A stretch of DNA of 64,000 bases from Gemmatimonadota bacterium (GTDB lineage: Bacteria; Gemmatimonadota; Gemmatimonadetes; Gemmatimonadales; GWC2-71-9): positions 3,101-67,100 of the forward strand of contig JBDHAF010000019.1 in assembly GCA_039588255.1 (NCBI GenBank), read 5' to 3'. Each line of letters starts with the position of its first letter. Within the stretch, counting starts at the first letter, position 1. Below, in pieces: positions 53,192 through 62,716 of this stretch. The position numbers and the translations under genes are program-made. The notes under the pieces were generated by a model that was not told the DNA's origin, did not search any database, and was given only the letters and a program-made list of their open reading frames with translations.

Positions 53192-54496
53192 ATGGTACGC
53201 CACATCATGAACGAATACTTCCGGGTTGTCGGCGGAACACCGCTGAAGGGATTGATCAGACCGGCGGGAAACAAGAACGCGGCACTGCCGATGATCGCCG
53301 CGACGTTGATGGCGGATGCGCCTTGCGAGGTCGTCAACGTGCCCCGCATAGCGGACGTGGAGTCACTCTTGCAGCTCGTGGGTGAGCTCGGCGCCTCGTT
53401 CGAGTGGACCGGAGGCAATACGCTGCGCATCGATCCCTCAGGGGTTCAACCGGCATCGCTGAGCGCCGAGCTTGCCGCCCGCATCAGGGCCTCGATCCTG
53501 CTGGCCGGCCCGTTGCTCGGCAGATTCGGCCGGGTTGTGCTGCCGCCGCCGGGCGGTGACGTGATCGGCCGCCGTCGAGTGGACACCCATTTCCTGGCCT
53601 TCGAGACCCTGGGCGCCGAAGTCACTGTGGGCGCCGAGTACACCCTCGAGGCCAAGCACCTGGTGGGCGACGACATCTTCCTGGACGAGCCGAGCGTCAC
53701 CGCCACGGAGAATGCGCTGATGGCCGCTGTCCTCGCCGAGGGAACCACCACACTCCAGAACGCGGCGTCGGAGCCCCACGTGCAGGACCTCGCCAGAGGG
53801 CTGGTGGGAATGGGGGCCGAAATAGAGGGAATCGGGACCAACCGGCTCGTCATCCACGGAACCCGCACGCTGCGAGGGACCACTCTCCAGGTGGGTCCCG
53901 ACCACATCGAGGTGGGAAGCTTCATCGGCCTGGCCGCCGTGACGGACGGGGAGATCGCCATCGAGGGCGTGCGTCCCGAAGACCTCCGGAGCATCCTCAT
54001 GGCATTCGACCGCCTCGGCGTGCACCCGGTGGTGGAGGCCGACCGGGTGATCGTGGAATCCCATCAAGAGCGGCGTGTCCGCCCGGATCTCGGGGGCCAC
54101 ATCCCGAAGATCGAGGACGGCCCGTGGCCGGCGTTTCCGGCCGATCTCATGTCCATTGCCATCGTGGTCGCGTCGCAATGCGAGGGCCAGGTCCTGGCAT
54201 TCGAGAAGATGTTCGAGTCGCGGCTGTACTGGGTGGACATGCTCATCGGGCTCGGGGCAAGGATCGTCCTCTGCGACCCCCATCGGGCCGTCATCGCCGG
54301 TCCGGCACATCTCCATGGGGCCGAGGTGCGGAGCCCCGACATCCGGGCCGGTATGGCCATGTTGTTGGCGGCCCTCGCCGCCGAAGGCGAGAGCCAGATC
54401 TACAACATCTCGCAGATCGACCGGGGATACGAGCGCATCGACGAGCGCCTCCAGGCCCTCGGTGCCCAAATCGAGCGGGTCGATCCCACAGAGTGA
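53192..54496 (+). CDS. murA: UDP-N-acetylglucosamine 1-carboxyvinyltransferase
   Basis: FRVVGGTPLKGLIRPAGNKNAALPMIAATL (Lys22 region). The active-site loop PPPGGDVIGRRRVDTHF has Asp (53558-53560) where E. coli has Cys115. The start is ATG 53192 or 53207. Confidence 0.88.
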   Translation: MVRHIMNEYFRVVGGTPLKGLIRPAGNKNAALPMIAATLMADAPCEVVNVPRIADVESLLQLVGELGASFEWTGGNTLRIDPSGVQPASLSAELAARIRASILLAGPLLGRFGRVVLPPPGGDVIGRRRVDTHFLAFETLGAEVTVGAEYTLEAKHLVGDDIFLDEPSVTATENALMAAVLAEGTTTLQNAASEPHVQDLARGLVGMGAEIEGIGTNRLVIHGTRTLRGTTLQVGPDHIEVGSFIGLAAVTDGEIAIEGVRPEDLRSILMAFDRLGVHPVVEADRVIVESHQERRVRPDLGGHIPKIEDGPWPAFPADLMSIAIVVASQCEGQVLAFEKMFESRLYWVDMLIGLGARIVLCDPHRAVIAGPAHLHGAEVRSPDIRAGMAMLLAALAAEGESQIYNISQIDRGYERIDERLQALGAQIERVDPTE

Positions 54497-55263
54497 GCTT
54501 CACCGTCGAGCGGGAGGTACCCGGCGTCCGTAGCGCGGGGATACCGTGCGCGGATCTCCCTACCTGGGGGATCAAGCACGGTCTGGTGGCCGGGGTCACC
54601 ACACGGGGTGGACCCGAGGGCGACTTCAACCTCGGCCTCATGACGTCGGACGACTCGGGGGCCGTGGCGGGCCGATGGCGGGAGTTCGCCGCGTCATTTC
54701 GCAGCGAGTTTCCCGGAATCGCCGTCAGCTTCCAGGTCCACGGCGCCGCCCTGCGCGTACACCAGTCGGCCTTCGACGGCTGGCTGGTCCTGAACGGATA
54801 CGACGGGCACCTGACCCACGACGCCGGCATCCTCCTCACAGTGACCGTGGCGGACTGCGTCCCGGTCTATCTGGCCCACCCTCCGACGGGCTGCGTGGCA
54901 CTGCTGCACGCCGGGTGGAGGGGCATCGTCGCCGGTATCTTGGAGCGGGGGATCGGCCGGCTGTCGGAGGTCTCGGGCGCGGATCCCAAGGAGTTCCTGC
55001 TGCACGGAGGGGTCGCCATCGGGGAGGCCAACTATGAGGTCGGGCCCGAGGTCCTCGAACAGCTCGGCCTGGGCCCGGCGGCGGGACCTCGGAGGGTGGA
55101 TCTGCGTCGGATCGTGGCCGAGCGCGCCGCGGCGGTGGGGGTCCGACAGATCACCCTCAGCTCGTGGTGCACCTTCGATAACGCGGATCATTTTTGGTCG
55201 CATCGCCGTGATCCGAAGGGTGCCGGACGCATGATCGCATATCTCGGTCGGCCTTTGACTTAA
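54493..55263 (+). CDS. pgeF: peptidoglycan editing factor PgeF (YfiH/DUF152, laccase-domain family)
   Basis: GTGA overlap with murA. Contains TVADCVPVYL and ALLHAGWRG; the C-terminal FWSHRRD region fits the family. Confidence 0.85.
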   Translation: MSFTVEREVPGVRSAGIPCADLPTWGIKHGLVAGVTTRGGPEGDFNLGLMTSDDSGAVAGRWREFAASFRSEFPGIAVSFQVHGAALRVHQSAFDGWLVLNGYDGHLTHDAGILLTVTVADCVPVYLAHPPTGCVALLHAGWRGIVAGILERGIGRLSEVSGADPKEFLLHGGVAIGEANYEVGPEVLEQLGLGPAAGPRRVDLRRIVAERAAAVGVRQITLSSWCTFDNADHFWSHRRDPKGAGRMIAYLGRPLT

Positions 55264-55294
55264 CTACCCTTCGACCATAGATTTGAGTGTGTGG

Positions 55295-55328
55295 AGCGGG
55301 CGCAGTAGGGCCCGCGCTTTTTTTTATC
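55295..55328 (+). terminator. intrinsic terminator / possible leader attenuator immediately upstream of rimP
   Basis: GCGGGC (55296-55301) pairs with GCCCGC (55310-55315) and is followed by GC-TTTTTTTT. The U-run ends ~8 nt before the rimP ATG. Confidence 0.6.
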
Positions 55329-55333
55329 GAAAA

Positions 55334-55807
55334 ATGGATGACTACGTCGAGAACCTCACGGCCGAAATGCGTCGTCGTATCGCGGACCTGGGGTACGAAC
55401 TCGTCGACCTGCGACGTCGGGGTTCTGAGAGGCGACCGCTCGTGCAACTGCGAATCGACAGGCCCGATACCGAGCCGGGTCGAGGGATCACCCACGAGGA
55501 TTGCCAGCTGGTCAGTCGCACCCTCGAGCATTGGCTCGACGGGGACGGGATCCTGGGTGAGCGCTACGTCCTCGAGGTCTCGTCGCCGGGCGTCGAGCGG
55601 CCGATCCGCTGGCCGGAGCACTGGGATCGATTCCGCGGTCACGATGTCAACGTGAAAATCGCAGGACGAGGTCGCATCCGAGCCACCATCGTGGACGTGG
55701 CGAACGATGGTTCGACGGTGGTGCTGCGACCGAAAGGGGCGAACGAAGAGATCGCCGTCCTATTACAGGACGCCCGGGATGCCACCCTGGCGTTCGACTG
55801 GAAATAG
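55334..55807 (+). CDS. rimP: ribosome maturation factor RimP
   Basis: ATG at 55334. Contains IADLGYELVDL...LRIDRPD and LEVSSPGVERPI. Confidence 0.88.
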   Translation: MDDYVENLTAEMRRRIADLGYELVDLRRRGSERRPLVQLRIDRPDTEPGRGITHEDCQLVSRTLEHWLDGDGILGERYVLEVSSPGVERPIRWPEHWDRFRGHDVNVKIAGRGRIRATIVDVANDGSTVVLRPKGANEEIAVLLQDARDATLAFDWK

Positions 55808-55827
55808 ACCAAGAAGAAGGAGTTTCC

Positions 55828-57354
55828 ATGGCAACACCCGCCGAGCTGCTTTCGGCGCTCCGTGAACTTGCCAATGCAAAGCAACTCGAGCAGGGCGAGC
55901 TGGTCGACCTGCTGCGGGACGGCATCCAGGCCGCACTGCAGCGACGATACGGCCCGACCGTGAACGCCGAAATCGAAATCGACGAGGTCAAAGGCGCCAT
56001 CAAGGTGATCGTGCTGCGCCGTGTCGTGGAAGAGGTGGAGGACTCCGCGTGCCAGATCAGCGCGGAAGAGGCACGTTGGGAGGATCCCGACTTTCAGGTG
56101 GGGGAGATGCTCGAGGAGGAGGTGCCGTTCGAGGCTTTTGGACGCTCGGCAGTGCAGGCCGCGAAGCAGCGCATCATCCAGCGGGTGCGAGAGGGAGAAC
56201 GGTCCCGGATTCGCGATGAATTTGCCGGCCAGGTGGGTGAGCTGCTGTCCGGAGAGATCCAGCAGATCGATCGAGGAAAACTGGTCATCGTGCTCAACCA
56301 GTTTCGCGAGGCGGAAGCCATTATTCCGTACAGGGAGCAGAACCGGCGGGAACACTTCCACCAAGGCGATACCATTCGCGCCGTTCTCAAGCGATTGGAG
56401 GAGACGCCGCGGGGTCCGCGTCTCATTCTGTCCCGGGCCGATGCATCGTTCGTCAGTGCGCTGTTCCAACTCGAGGTCCCGGAAATGCAGCAGCAGATCG
56501 TCGAGATACGGTCGGCCGCCCGCGAGGTTGGAGCCCGGACGAAAATCGCCGTGGTCAGCACGGACGATTCAGTCGATCCGGTTGGAGCGTGTGTTGGTCT
56601 CAAGGGAAGCAGGGTGCAGGCCGTGGTCAACGAACTGGGCGGCGAGCGGATCGACATCGTGCCGTGGTCGGAGGATCCGGAGCGGTTTGCCCGCATGGCG
56701 CTGGCGCCGGCCCGGGTGTCCCGTGTGTTCTTCGACTCCGAAAGCGGCACCATCCAAGCCGTGGTGGACGAAGACCAGCTGTCACTCGCCATCGGAAAAC
56801 ACGGCCAGAACGTTCGCCTCGCCTCCGAGTTGACGGGCTGGAAGATCGACTTGTTCTCCAGCCGGGAATGGTTGGATCGGGGTGGCGAGGGGCCGCTGTT
56901 CGCGCCCCTCGAGCCAACGGAAGATTTGGTCGCCGACGTCCAGCTCGGCGAGCTCCACGGGTTTCCTCCCGAGCTCGTCGAGACGCTGTTGGCCGCCGGG
57001 TACAAATCGCTGCGCGATATCTTGGATCTCGAGCGTGCGAATGTGCTGGCCATCGATGGGATGAGCGACGAGAGTGTCGACGTGCTGATGGGATTCCTGT
57101 CGGAGGTGACGGAGGAAAACGTCTCGGCGGGGACGGCGGAAGAGGAAGACGGCGGCGCGGTTGCCACGGAGGCGGAGGCCGAGGCCACCGCAGAAGCCGA
57201 AGCGGAGGTAGAAACCGACGGCGACGCCACGGAAGAAGTAGCGGCGGAGGCCGAGGCGGCAGAGGAAGCGGTGGAAGCAGGGACCGAGTCTGAGTCGACG
57301 CCCGATTCCGAAGAGGCGTCGGACGCAGAGCCCGAACCGACACCGACCGCGTGA
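55828..57354 (+). CDS. nusA: transcription termination/antitermination factor NusA (with long acidic C-terminal tail)
   Basis: It has an S1 domain, KH domains ([42 protein letters not shown]), and a C-terminal Glu/Ala-rich low-complexity region. Confidence 0.95.
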   Translation: MATPAELLSALRELANAKQLEQGELVDLLRDGIQAALQRRYGPTVNAEIEIDEVKGAIKVIVLRRVVEEVEDSACQISAEEARWEDPDFQVGEMLEEEVPFEAFGRSAVQAAKQRIIQRVREGERSRIRDEFAGQVGELLSGEIQQIDRGKLVIVLNQFREAEAIIPYREQNRREHFHQGDTIRAVLKRLEETPRGPRLILSRADASFVSALFQLEVPEMQQQIVEIRSAAREVGARTKIAVVSTDDSVDPVGACVGLKGSRVQAVVNELGGERIDIVPWSEDPERFARMALAPARVSRVFFDSESGTIQAVVDEDQLSLAIGKHGQNVRLASELTGWKIDLFSSREWLDRGGEGPLFAPLEPTEDLVADVQLGELHGFPPELVETLLAAGYKSLRDILDLERANVLAIDGMSDESVDVLMGFLSEVTEENVSAGTAEEEDGGAVATEAEAEATAEAEAEVETDGDATEEVAAEAEAAEEAVEAGTESESTPDSEEASDAEPEPTPTA

Positions 57355-57665
57355 TGAAGGGCACGCCCGAGGGACTCCTTGGCCTCGGGATGAGGGCCGG
57401 GTCGGTCATCGTGGGGACCGGCGGGGTTCGGGCCGCGCTCCAGCGTGGCCAGTTGGCACTGGTCGTGGTTGCCCGCGATCGCAGTTCGCGCACCGACGAG
57501 AAGGTGCTCAACCTCGCCAGCGCGCGGGGCGTGCCACTCGTCGTGGGGCCCAGCGCCGATGATTTGGGACGTTCCGTTGGTCGTGCATCGGTCCAAGCCG
57601 TTGGCGTTCGGGATGCTGATTTGGCGACGGGCATCAAGGAGCAAACCGCAGAAGGCGGATTGTAG
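57351..57665 (+). CDS. L7Ae/YlxQ-family RNA-binding protein
   Basis: GTGA overlap with nus[35 protein letters not shown] matches the YlxQ pattern and the position between nusA and infB. Confidence 0.75.
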   Translation: MMKGTPEGLLGLGMRAGSVIVGTGGVRAALQRGQLALVVVARDRSSRTDEKVLNLASARGVPLVVGPSADDLGRSVGRASVQAVGVRDADLATGIKEQTAEGGL

Positions 57666-57678
57666 GAGGGATTAGAAG

Positions 57679-60402
57679 GTGTCGAAGACGCGAATACACG
57701 ATCTCGCGGCCGAGTTTGCTATACCGACCGAGCAGCTGCTGAAGCTGCTGGCCGAGATGGACATTCATGTCCGGAGCCACCTGTCTGCGCTCGACGCGGG
57801 TCAGGTAGCTCTCGTGCGCGCCCGCTGGGAGCGGGAGAAACGCAAGCGCACCGAGCCGTCCAGCACGCGGCGTCGGCGTACCACCACGAAGAAGACCACC
57901 CGCAAGAAGAAGAGCGTCGCGGCGGAAAAACCAGAGGACAAGCGTCCCAAGCGGCGGCGGCGTACCGTGGCCGAGATCGAAGCCAAGGCGGAGGAACAGG
58001 CCGCTGATGAAGCGAAGCAGGCCGCCGAGGTGACCCACCCCATCACGACCCCCAAGGCGGAACCGGCGGAGCCCAAGCCATCGCTGGAAGAGCGAGCGGC
58101 CGCGCTGTTCGGCCAGGACCAGGATAGACCGGCCGCGCCCGAAGTGGCCGCCGCCGAGGTCGAAGTCGCTCCCGAACCACTGCTTCCGGTGGAGGAGCCA
58201 GAGGCAGAGCCGGAGCCGGCCGTCGCGGCGCAGGAGCCGCCTCCGGCCGAGGACGCGCCGCGCCCCACGCCGGTCACCAGCGGATTACGTCCCGTCGCGT
58301 CGGCTGCGCCGAAGGGGCAAGTGCCCTCCAAGTCGGCACCGCGCCTCCGCGTCCCACCCCGGCCGGTGGCGTCGGCCGCCCCACGGCCCAAGCCCACGGA
58401 CGAGCGCCCGCGTGCCGCGCCCGACCGCGAGCGCAAGAAGCGCAAGAAGTCCAAGCGGACACAGGTCGACCAGCAGGCCGTGCAGGCCAATATCAGCCGG
58501 ACCTTGGCGAGTCTCCGCGGACCGGGGCACAAGAAGACCCCGCGGCGCCGCGGCGACGAGCCTTCCTTCCGCGAGCTTCAAGAGCAGCGCCTCGCCGAAG
58601 AGAAGGAACGGGAGAAGACGCTCATTCGGGTGAACGAGTACGTCACCGTGTCGGAGCTTGCGGAGAGGTTGGACGTGAATCCCACCGAGATCGTAGCCTT
58701 CTGTTTCAAAGAGCTCGGCATGATGGTCACGGTGAATCAGCGACTCGATTTCGACCAGATCGAAATCATCGCGAGCGAGTTCGACTTCGAGGCGGTGCGG
58801 GAAGCGGAGTACAGCCCCGAGTCGGTCGCGGAGGAGCCGGAAGACAAGCCGGAAGACCTCGAATCGCGTCCGCCGGTGGTCACGGTCATGGGCCACGTCG
58901 ACCACGGCAAGACGTCGCTGTTGGACTACGTCAGGAAGACCAACGTGATCGCAGGGGAGTCGGGCGGCATCACGCAGCACATCGGTGCATATCACGTCAA
59001 GGTTGGGAAGGACAGAGCCATCACGTTCCTCGACACACCTGGCCACGAGGCATTCACGGCCATGCGGGCCCGCGGCGCTCAGGTGACAGACATCGTCGTG
59101 CTGGTGGTGGCCGCGGACGACCAGGTGATGCCGCAGACCGTGGAGGCCATCAGCCACGCCAAGAACGCCGGCGTCCCGATGGTCGTGGCCATCAACAAGA
59201 TCGATCTCCCCTCCGCCAACGTTGAGAAGGTCAAACAGGGCCTGTTGCAGCACGAGGTCGTCCTGGAAGAATTCGGCGGCGAGACGATCGCTTCGGCCAT
59301 TTCTGCCAAGAACGGCGACGGCGTCGATGAGCTCTTGGAGAAGGTCCTGCTCCAGGCAGACATGCTCGACAAGAAGGCGAACGCCCACAAGGCCGCCAGC
59401 GGGATCGTGGTGGAAAGCACATTGGATCCGGGGAAGGGTCCCGTTGCGACGGTTCTCGTACGGCAGGGTACGCTGAGCCAGGGCGACGACTTCATCTGCG
59501 GTCACCTCGCCGGACGCGTGCGGGCCATGTTCGACGAGCGCGGCGCTCCGGTGAAGGCGGCCGGACCGTCAATCCCGGTCCAGGTCTTGGGATTCAACGA
59601 GGTCCCGGTGGCCGGGGATCCGTTGGCGGTCGTTGCCAGCGCGAACGAGGCGCGAGATATCGCGCAGAAGCGGCAGCGTCTGCATCGGGAAGCGGCTCAC
59701 CGACGGACATCGCGCGGCGTGAATTTGGAGGACATCTCGAAGCAATTGGAAGCGGGTAAGATCCAGGCGCTCAAGATCATCATCAAGGCCGACCAAGGCG
59801 GTCCAGCGGAAGCCCTCGCGGATGCGTTTGCCAACCTGAGCACCGATGAGGTACAGGTGGAAGTCATTCACCGGGGCATTGGGGCGGTGACGGAGAGTGA
59901 CGTGATCTTCGCCAAGGCATCCCAGGCCATCATCGTCGGTTTCCACGTCCGGCCGGACGCTAATGCCCGCAGCGCGATCGAGCGCGAGCAGGTCGACGTT
60001 CGCACCTACCGCGTGATCTACGAAGCAGTGGAGGACGTCAGATCTGCGCTCGAGGGCCTCCTGGTACCCGAGCAGCGAGAAGTGGTCCTGGGCGAGGCCG
60101 AGGTGCTCCAGACGTTCAAGATCTCGAGCATCGGGATGATCGCTGGATGCATCGTGCGGAATGGCGTCATCAAACGGAACGCCAAGATTCGTCTGACACG
60201 GGACGGCGTCGAGGTCTATGGCGGGGTCCTGGCAAGCCTCAAGCGTTTCAAGGAAGACGTTCGGGAGGTGAAGGATGGGTTGGAGTGCGGCATGAGTGTC
60301 GAGAACTTCAACGACATCAAGGTGGGTGACGTCATCGAGTCGTACACCGTCGAGGAGATCGCCCGAACGCTCGAAACCGCCGGAGCGTCCAAGGACGAGT
60401 AA
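57679..60402 (+). CDS. infB: translation initiation factor IF-2
   Basis: GTG start and a Lys/Pro/Glu-rich N-terminal region. The G domain has [17 protein letters not shown] and NKID, with conserved C-terminal domains. Confidence 0.96.
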   Translation: MSKTRIHDLAAEFAIPTEQLLKLLAEMDIHVRSHLSALDAGQVALVRARWEREKRKRTEPSSTRRRRTTTKKTTRKKKSVAAEKPEDKRPKRRRRTVAEIEAKAEEQAADEAKQAAEVTHPITTPKAEPAEPKPSLEERAAALFGQDQDRPAAPEVAAAEVEVAPEPLLPVEEPEAEPEPAVAAQEPPPAEDAPRPTPVTSGLRPVASAAPKGQVPSKSAPRLRVPPRPVASAAPRPKPTDERPRAAPDRERKKRKKSKRTQVDQQAVQANISRTLASLRGPGHKKTPRRRGDEPSFRELQEQRLAEEKEREKTLIRVNEYVTVSELAERLDVNPTEIVAFCFKELGMMVTVNQRLDFDQIEIIASEFDFEAVREAEYSPESVAEEPEDKPEDLESRPPVVTVMGHVDHGKTSLLDYVRKTNVIAGESGGITQHIGAYHVKVGKDRAITFLDTPGHEAFTAMRARGAQVTDIVVLVVAADDQVMPQTVEAISHAKNAGVPMVVAINKIDLPSANVEKVKQGLLQHEVVLEEFGGETIASAISAKNGDGVDELLEKVLLQADMLDKKANAHKAASGIVVESTLDPGKGPVATVLVRQGTLSQGDDFICGHLAGRVRAMFDERGAPVKAAGPSIPVQVLGFNEVPVAGDPLAVVASANEARDIAQKRQRLHREAAHRRTSRGVNLEDISKQLEAGKIQALKIIIKADQGGPAEALADAFANLSTDEVQVEVIHRGIGAVTESDVIFAKASQAIIVGFHVRPDANARSAIEREQVDVRTYRVIYEAVEDVRSALEGLLVPEQREVVLGEAEVLQTFKISSIGMIAGCIVRNGVIKRNAKIRLTRDGVEVYGGVLASLKRFKEDVREVKDGLECGMSVENFNDIKVGDVIESYTVEEIARTLETAGASKDE

Positions 60403-60403
60403 T

Positions 60404-60685
60404 GTGGTTGTCGCCGTCGTGACCTGGGAGCTTCATCTCAGCGGCTGCCAGTCACTCAAAGACAAGCGTCGGATCATGAAGAGTCTAAAGGACCGGCTGC
60501 ACAACCGGTTCAACGTCTCCGTGGCCGAAACGAGCCATCAAGATCGCTGGCAACGCGCCGAACTGTCGTGCTGTGTGGTCACCACGGATCGCCACCACGC
60601 CGAGTCGGTTCTCGGTGCGGCCGACAATTTGGTCGAGCAGGAACCGTTGGCCCGCATCATCGACTCCCACATGAGCATCGTATGA
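60404..60685 (+). CDS. DUF503 (YlxP-like) protein
   Basis: GTG at 60404. At 93 aa, LHLSGCQSLKDKRRIMKSLKDRL is the DUF503 signature, and the position after infB is typical. Confidence 0.75.
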   Translation: MVVAVVTWELHLSGCQSLKDKRRIMKSLKDRLHNRFNVSVAETSHQDRWQRAELSCCVVTTDRHHAESVLGAADNLVEQEPLARIIDSHMSIV

Positions 60686-61761
60686 AAACTCGCGGTAGCC
60701 ACCGGCAAGATCGCGTGGCCACGATGATCCAGCAGATCCTCGCCCAGGCGCTCACCACGCGCCTCAAGGACCCCAGAATCGGGTTCGTCACCGTCACCGG
60801 GGTCACCGTGACTCGCGACCTCTCGGTGGCGACGGTGCGGGTGAGCATCATGGGCGACGAACAGGAAAGGGCGGAAGCTCTCGCGGGGTTGGAGCACGCG
60901 AGCGGGTATCTCCGTTCGCTGGTGGCACGCATCGACAAGCCGGCCGGCCCGACGTCTCACGACATCGTTGCGGCCCTCCGCCGCGTCCTCGGCGTACGCC
61001 GCGTGGGCCATACCGGCACGCTCGACCCGTTTGCCTCGGGACTCCTCGTGATCCTGATAGGGCGGGCCACGAGGCTCGCCCAATTCCTCGTCGGGCTGAC
61101 CAAGCGGTATCGCGGCGTCCTTCGGCTGGGAACGACGACCGATTCCGGCGACCCCACCGGAACCGTCACCGGAACTTCCGACGCCTGGCAGGACTTGACG
61201 GCGGACGATGTCCAACAAGCGATGACCGGGTTCCTCGGACCGCAACGACAACGGCCTCCCGCCCTGTCGGCCAAGAAGGTCGGCGGCCAGCGAGCCTATC
61301 GAATCGCCAGACGGGGAGAAAACGCCGACATCCCGTTACAGGATGTGGAGATCTTCTCCTTGACGCTCACTGACATGCACGGTGCGAACGTCGTCTTCGA
61401 TACGCTGGTGAGCAGCGGCACCTACGTGCGCTCGCTGGCACGTGATCTCGGCGACGCGCTGGGATGCGGCGCCCATCTCTCAGAGCTGCGGCGCACCGCG
61501 GTGGGCCCGTTCACCATCGACCACGCGCTGGCCGTCGACGCGGCGAGCACCGAGCAGGTCCGGCCCCCCCGCGAGGCGGTGGCCCACTTGCAGGCCGTGA
61601 CGGTGGGAACCGACGAGCGGGAGTCGGTGCGCCACGGCCGGGCGATCGTGACGCCCGCCGGCGTATCCGGGCCGGTGGCCCTGGTGGACGGTGAGGAATT
61701 GGTTGCCGTCGCGGAAGCCGATGGAAACCGCCTCCAACCTCGGGTGGTCCTGGCGGAATGA
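60682..61761 (+). CDS. rbfA/truB: in-frame fusion ORF: ribosome-binding factor A (C-terminally truncated) + tRNA pseudouridine(55) synthase TruB
   Basis: ATGA overlap with DUF503. Residues 1-83 are RbfA-like (RVATMIQQILAQAL...KDPRIGFVTVTGVTVTRDLSVATVRVSI...ASGYLRSLVAR). The read then continues without a stop into IDKPAGPTSHDIV...VGHTGTLDPFASGLLVILIG (TruB core with the catalytic Asp). Confidence 0.8.
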   Translation: MKTRGSHRQDRVATMIQQILAQALTTRLKDPRIGFVTVTGVTVTRDLSVATVRVSIMGDEQERAEALAGLEHASGYLRSLVARIDKPAGPTSHDIVAALRRVLGVRRVGHTGTLDPFASGLLVILIGRATRLAQFLVGLTKRYRGVLRLGTTTDSGDPTGTVTGTSDAWQDLTADDVQQAMTGFLGPQRQRPPALSAKKVGGQRAYRIARRGENADIPLQDVEIFSLTLTDMHGANVVFDTLVSSGTYVRSLARDLGDALGCGAHLSELRRTAVGPFTIDHALAVDAASTEQVRPPREAVAHLQAVTVGTDERESVRHGRAIVTPAGVSGPVALVDGEELVAVAEADGNRLQPRVVLAE

Positions 61762-62714
61762 CGAACGCCCCCTGGGGAGACGAGCGCGGCTCGGTCGTAA
61801 CCGTCGGCACGTTCGACGGTATCCACCTGGGCCATTGGGCGATACTCCGGGAGATCACGGCCCGGGCGAGGCGCGACGACCGCCGTAGCGTCCTCGTGAC
61901 GTTCGATCCCCACCCGCTCGAGGTGGTCAATCCCCAAGCAGCCCCGCGGCTGCTCACGGTGGGAGACGAGCGGTTGGAGATCCTGTCCCAGGGCGAGTTG
62001 GACCTGGTGGTCTTCCTGCCGTTCACGAGGGGACTCTCCCAATATTCCCCCGAGGCCTTCGTGCGCCTCCTGATCGACCGCTTTCAGATGGAAGAGCTGG
62101 TGATCGGGCACGACCACGGGTTCGGGCGGGGAAGGTCCGGGGACGAGACACTTCTGCGGGAACTGGGCAGCGCGCTCGGGTTTACCGTAGACGTGATCGG
62201 AGCCGTATCCCTCGGCAACCGGCCGGCCTCGTCGACGCTGGTACGGCGCGCCGTGGCAGGGGGAGACCTGGACACCGCCCGAGAGCTGCTAGGCCGACCG
62301 TACTCCATAACGGCGCCGGTCATTCGGGGATCGGCGCGGGGACGGAAACTGGGATACCGCACTATCAACCTCGCCATCACCAATCCGCGGAAGCTCTTGC
62401 CCCCGGACGGGGTATATGCCGTGAGGGCGGAATGGCGAGGCGGTACTGCCGGAGGCATGATGCACCAGGGGCCGAGGCCCACCTTTGGAGAGCGCGACAG
62501 AACGTTGGAGATTCACCTGTTCGACGTGGATGCGGACTTGTATGACGTGTCGGTGAAGATCTCCTGGCTCAAGCGGCTGCGAGACGTCATGAGCTTCCCG
62601 GACATTCAGTCCTTGGAGACCCAGCTAGGCCGTGACCTGAAGGCGGCCCAGAGCGCGTTGACAGGCCCCCACGGGGCCGCTACTTATCCAAATTCTTCAG
62701 CGTTAGGCAGTTAG
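61758..62714 (+). CDS. ribF: bifunctional riboflavin kinase / FMN adenylyltransferase
   Basis: ATGA overlap. Contains GTFDGIHLGH, RGSARGRKLGYRTINL and EIHLFD. Confidence 0.93.
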   Translation: MTNAPWGDERGSVVTVGTFDGIHLGHWAILREITARARRDDRRSVLVTFDPHPLEVVNPQAAPRLLTVGDERLEILSQGELDLVVFLPFTRGLSQYSPEAFVRLLIDRFQMEELVIGHDHGFGRGRSGDETLLRELGSALGFTVDVIGAVSLGNRPASSTLVRRAVAGGDLDTARELLGRPYSITAPVIRGSARGRKLGYRTINLAITNPRKLLPPDGVYAVRAEWRGGTAGGMMHQGPRPTFGERDRTLEIHLFDVDADLYDVSVKISWLKRLRDVMSFPDIQSLETQLGRDLKAAQSALTGPHGAATYPNSSALGS

Positions 62715-62716
62715 CG

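Noticed and set aside
57100-58560. Repetitive-looking GAG/GCC/GAA-rich DNA at the nusA 3' end and the infB 5' region. I considered whether it was a tandem repeat or CRISPR-like array.
   Set aside because: It encodes the acidic NusA tail and the Lys/Pro/Glu/Ala-rich IF-2 N-terminal region. It is low-complexity coding sequence without regularly spaced identical repeats.
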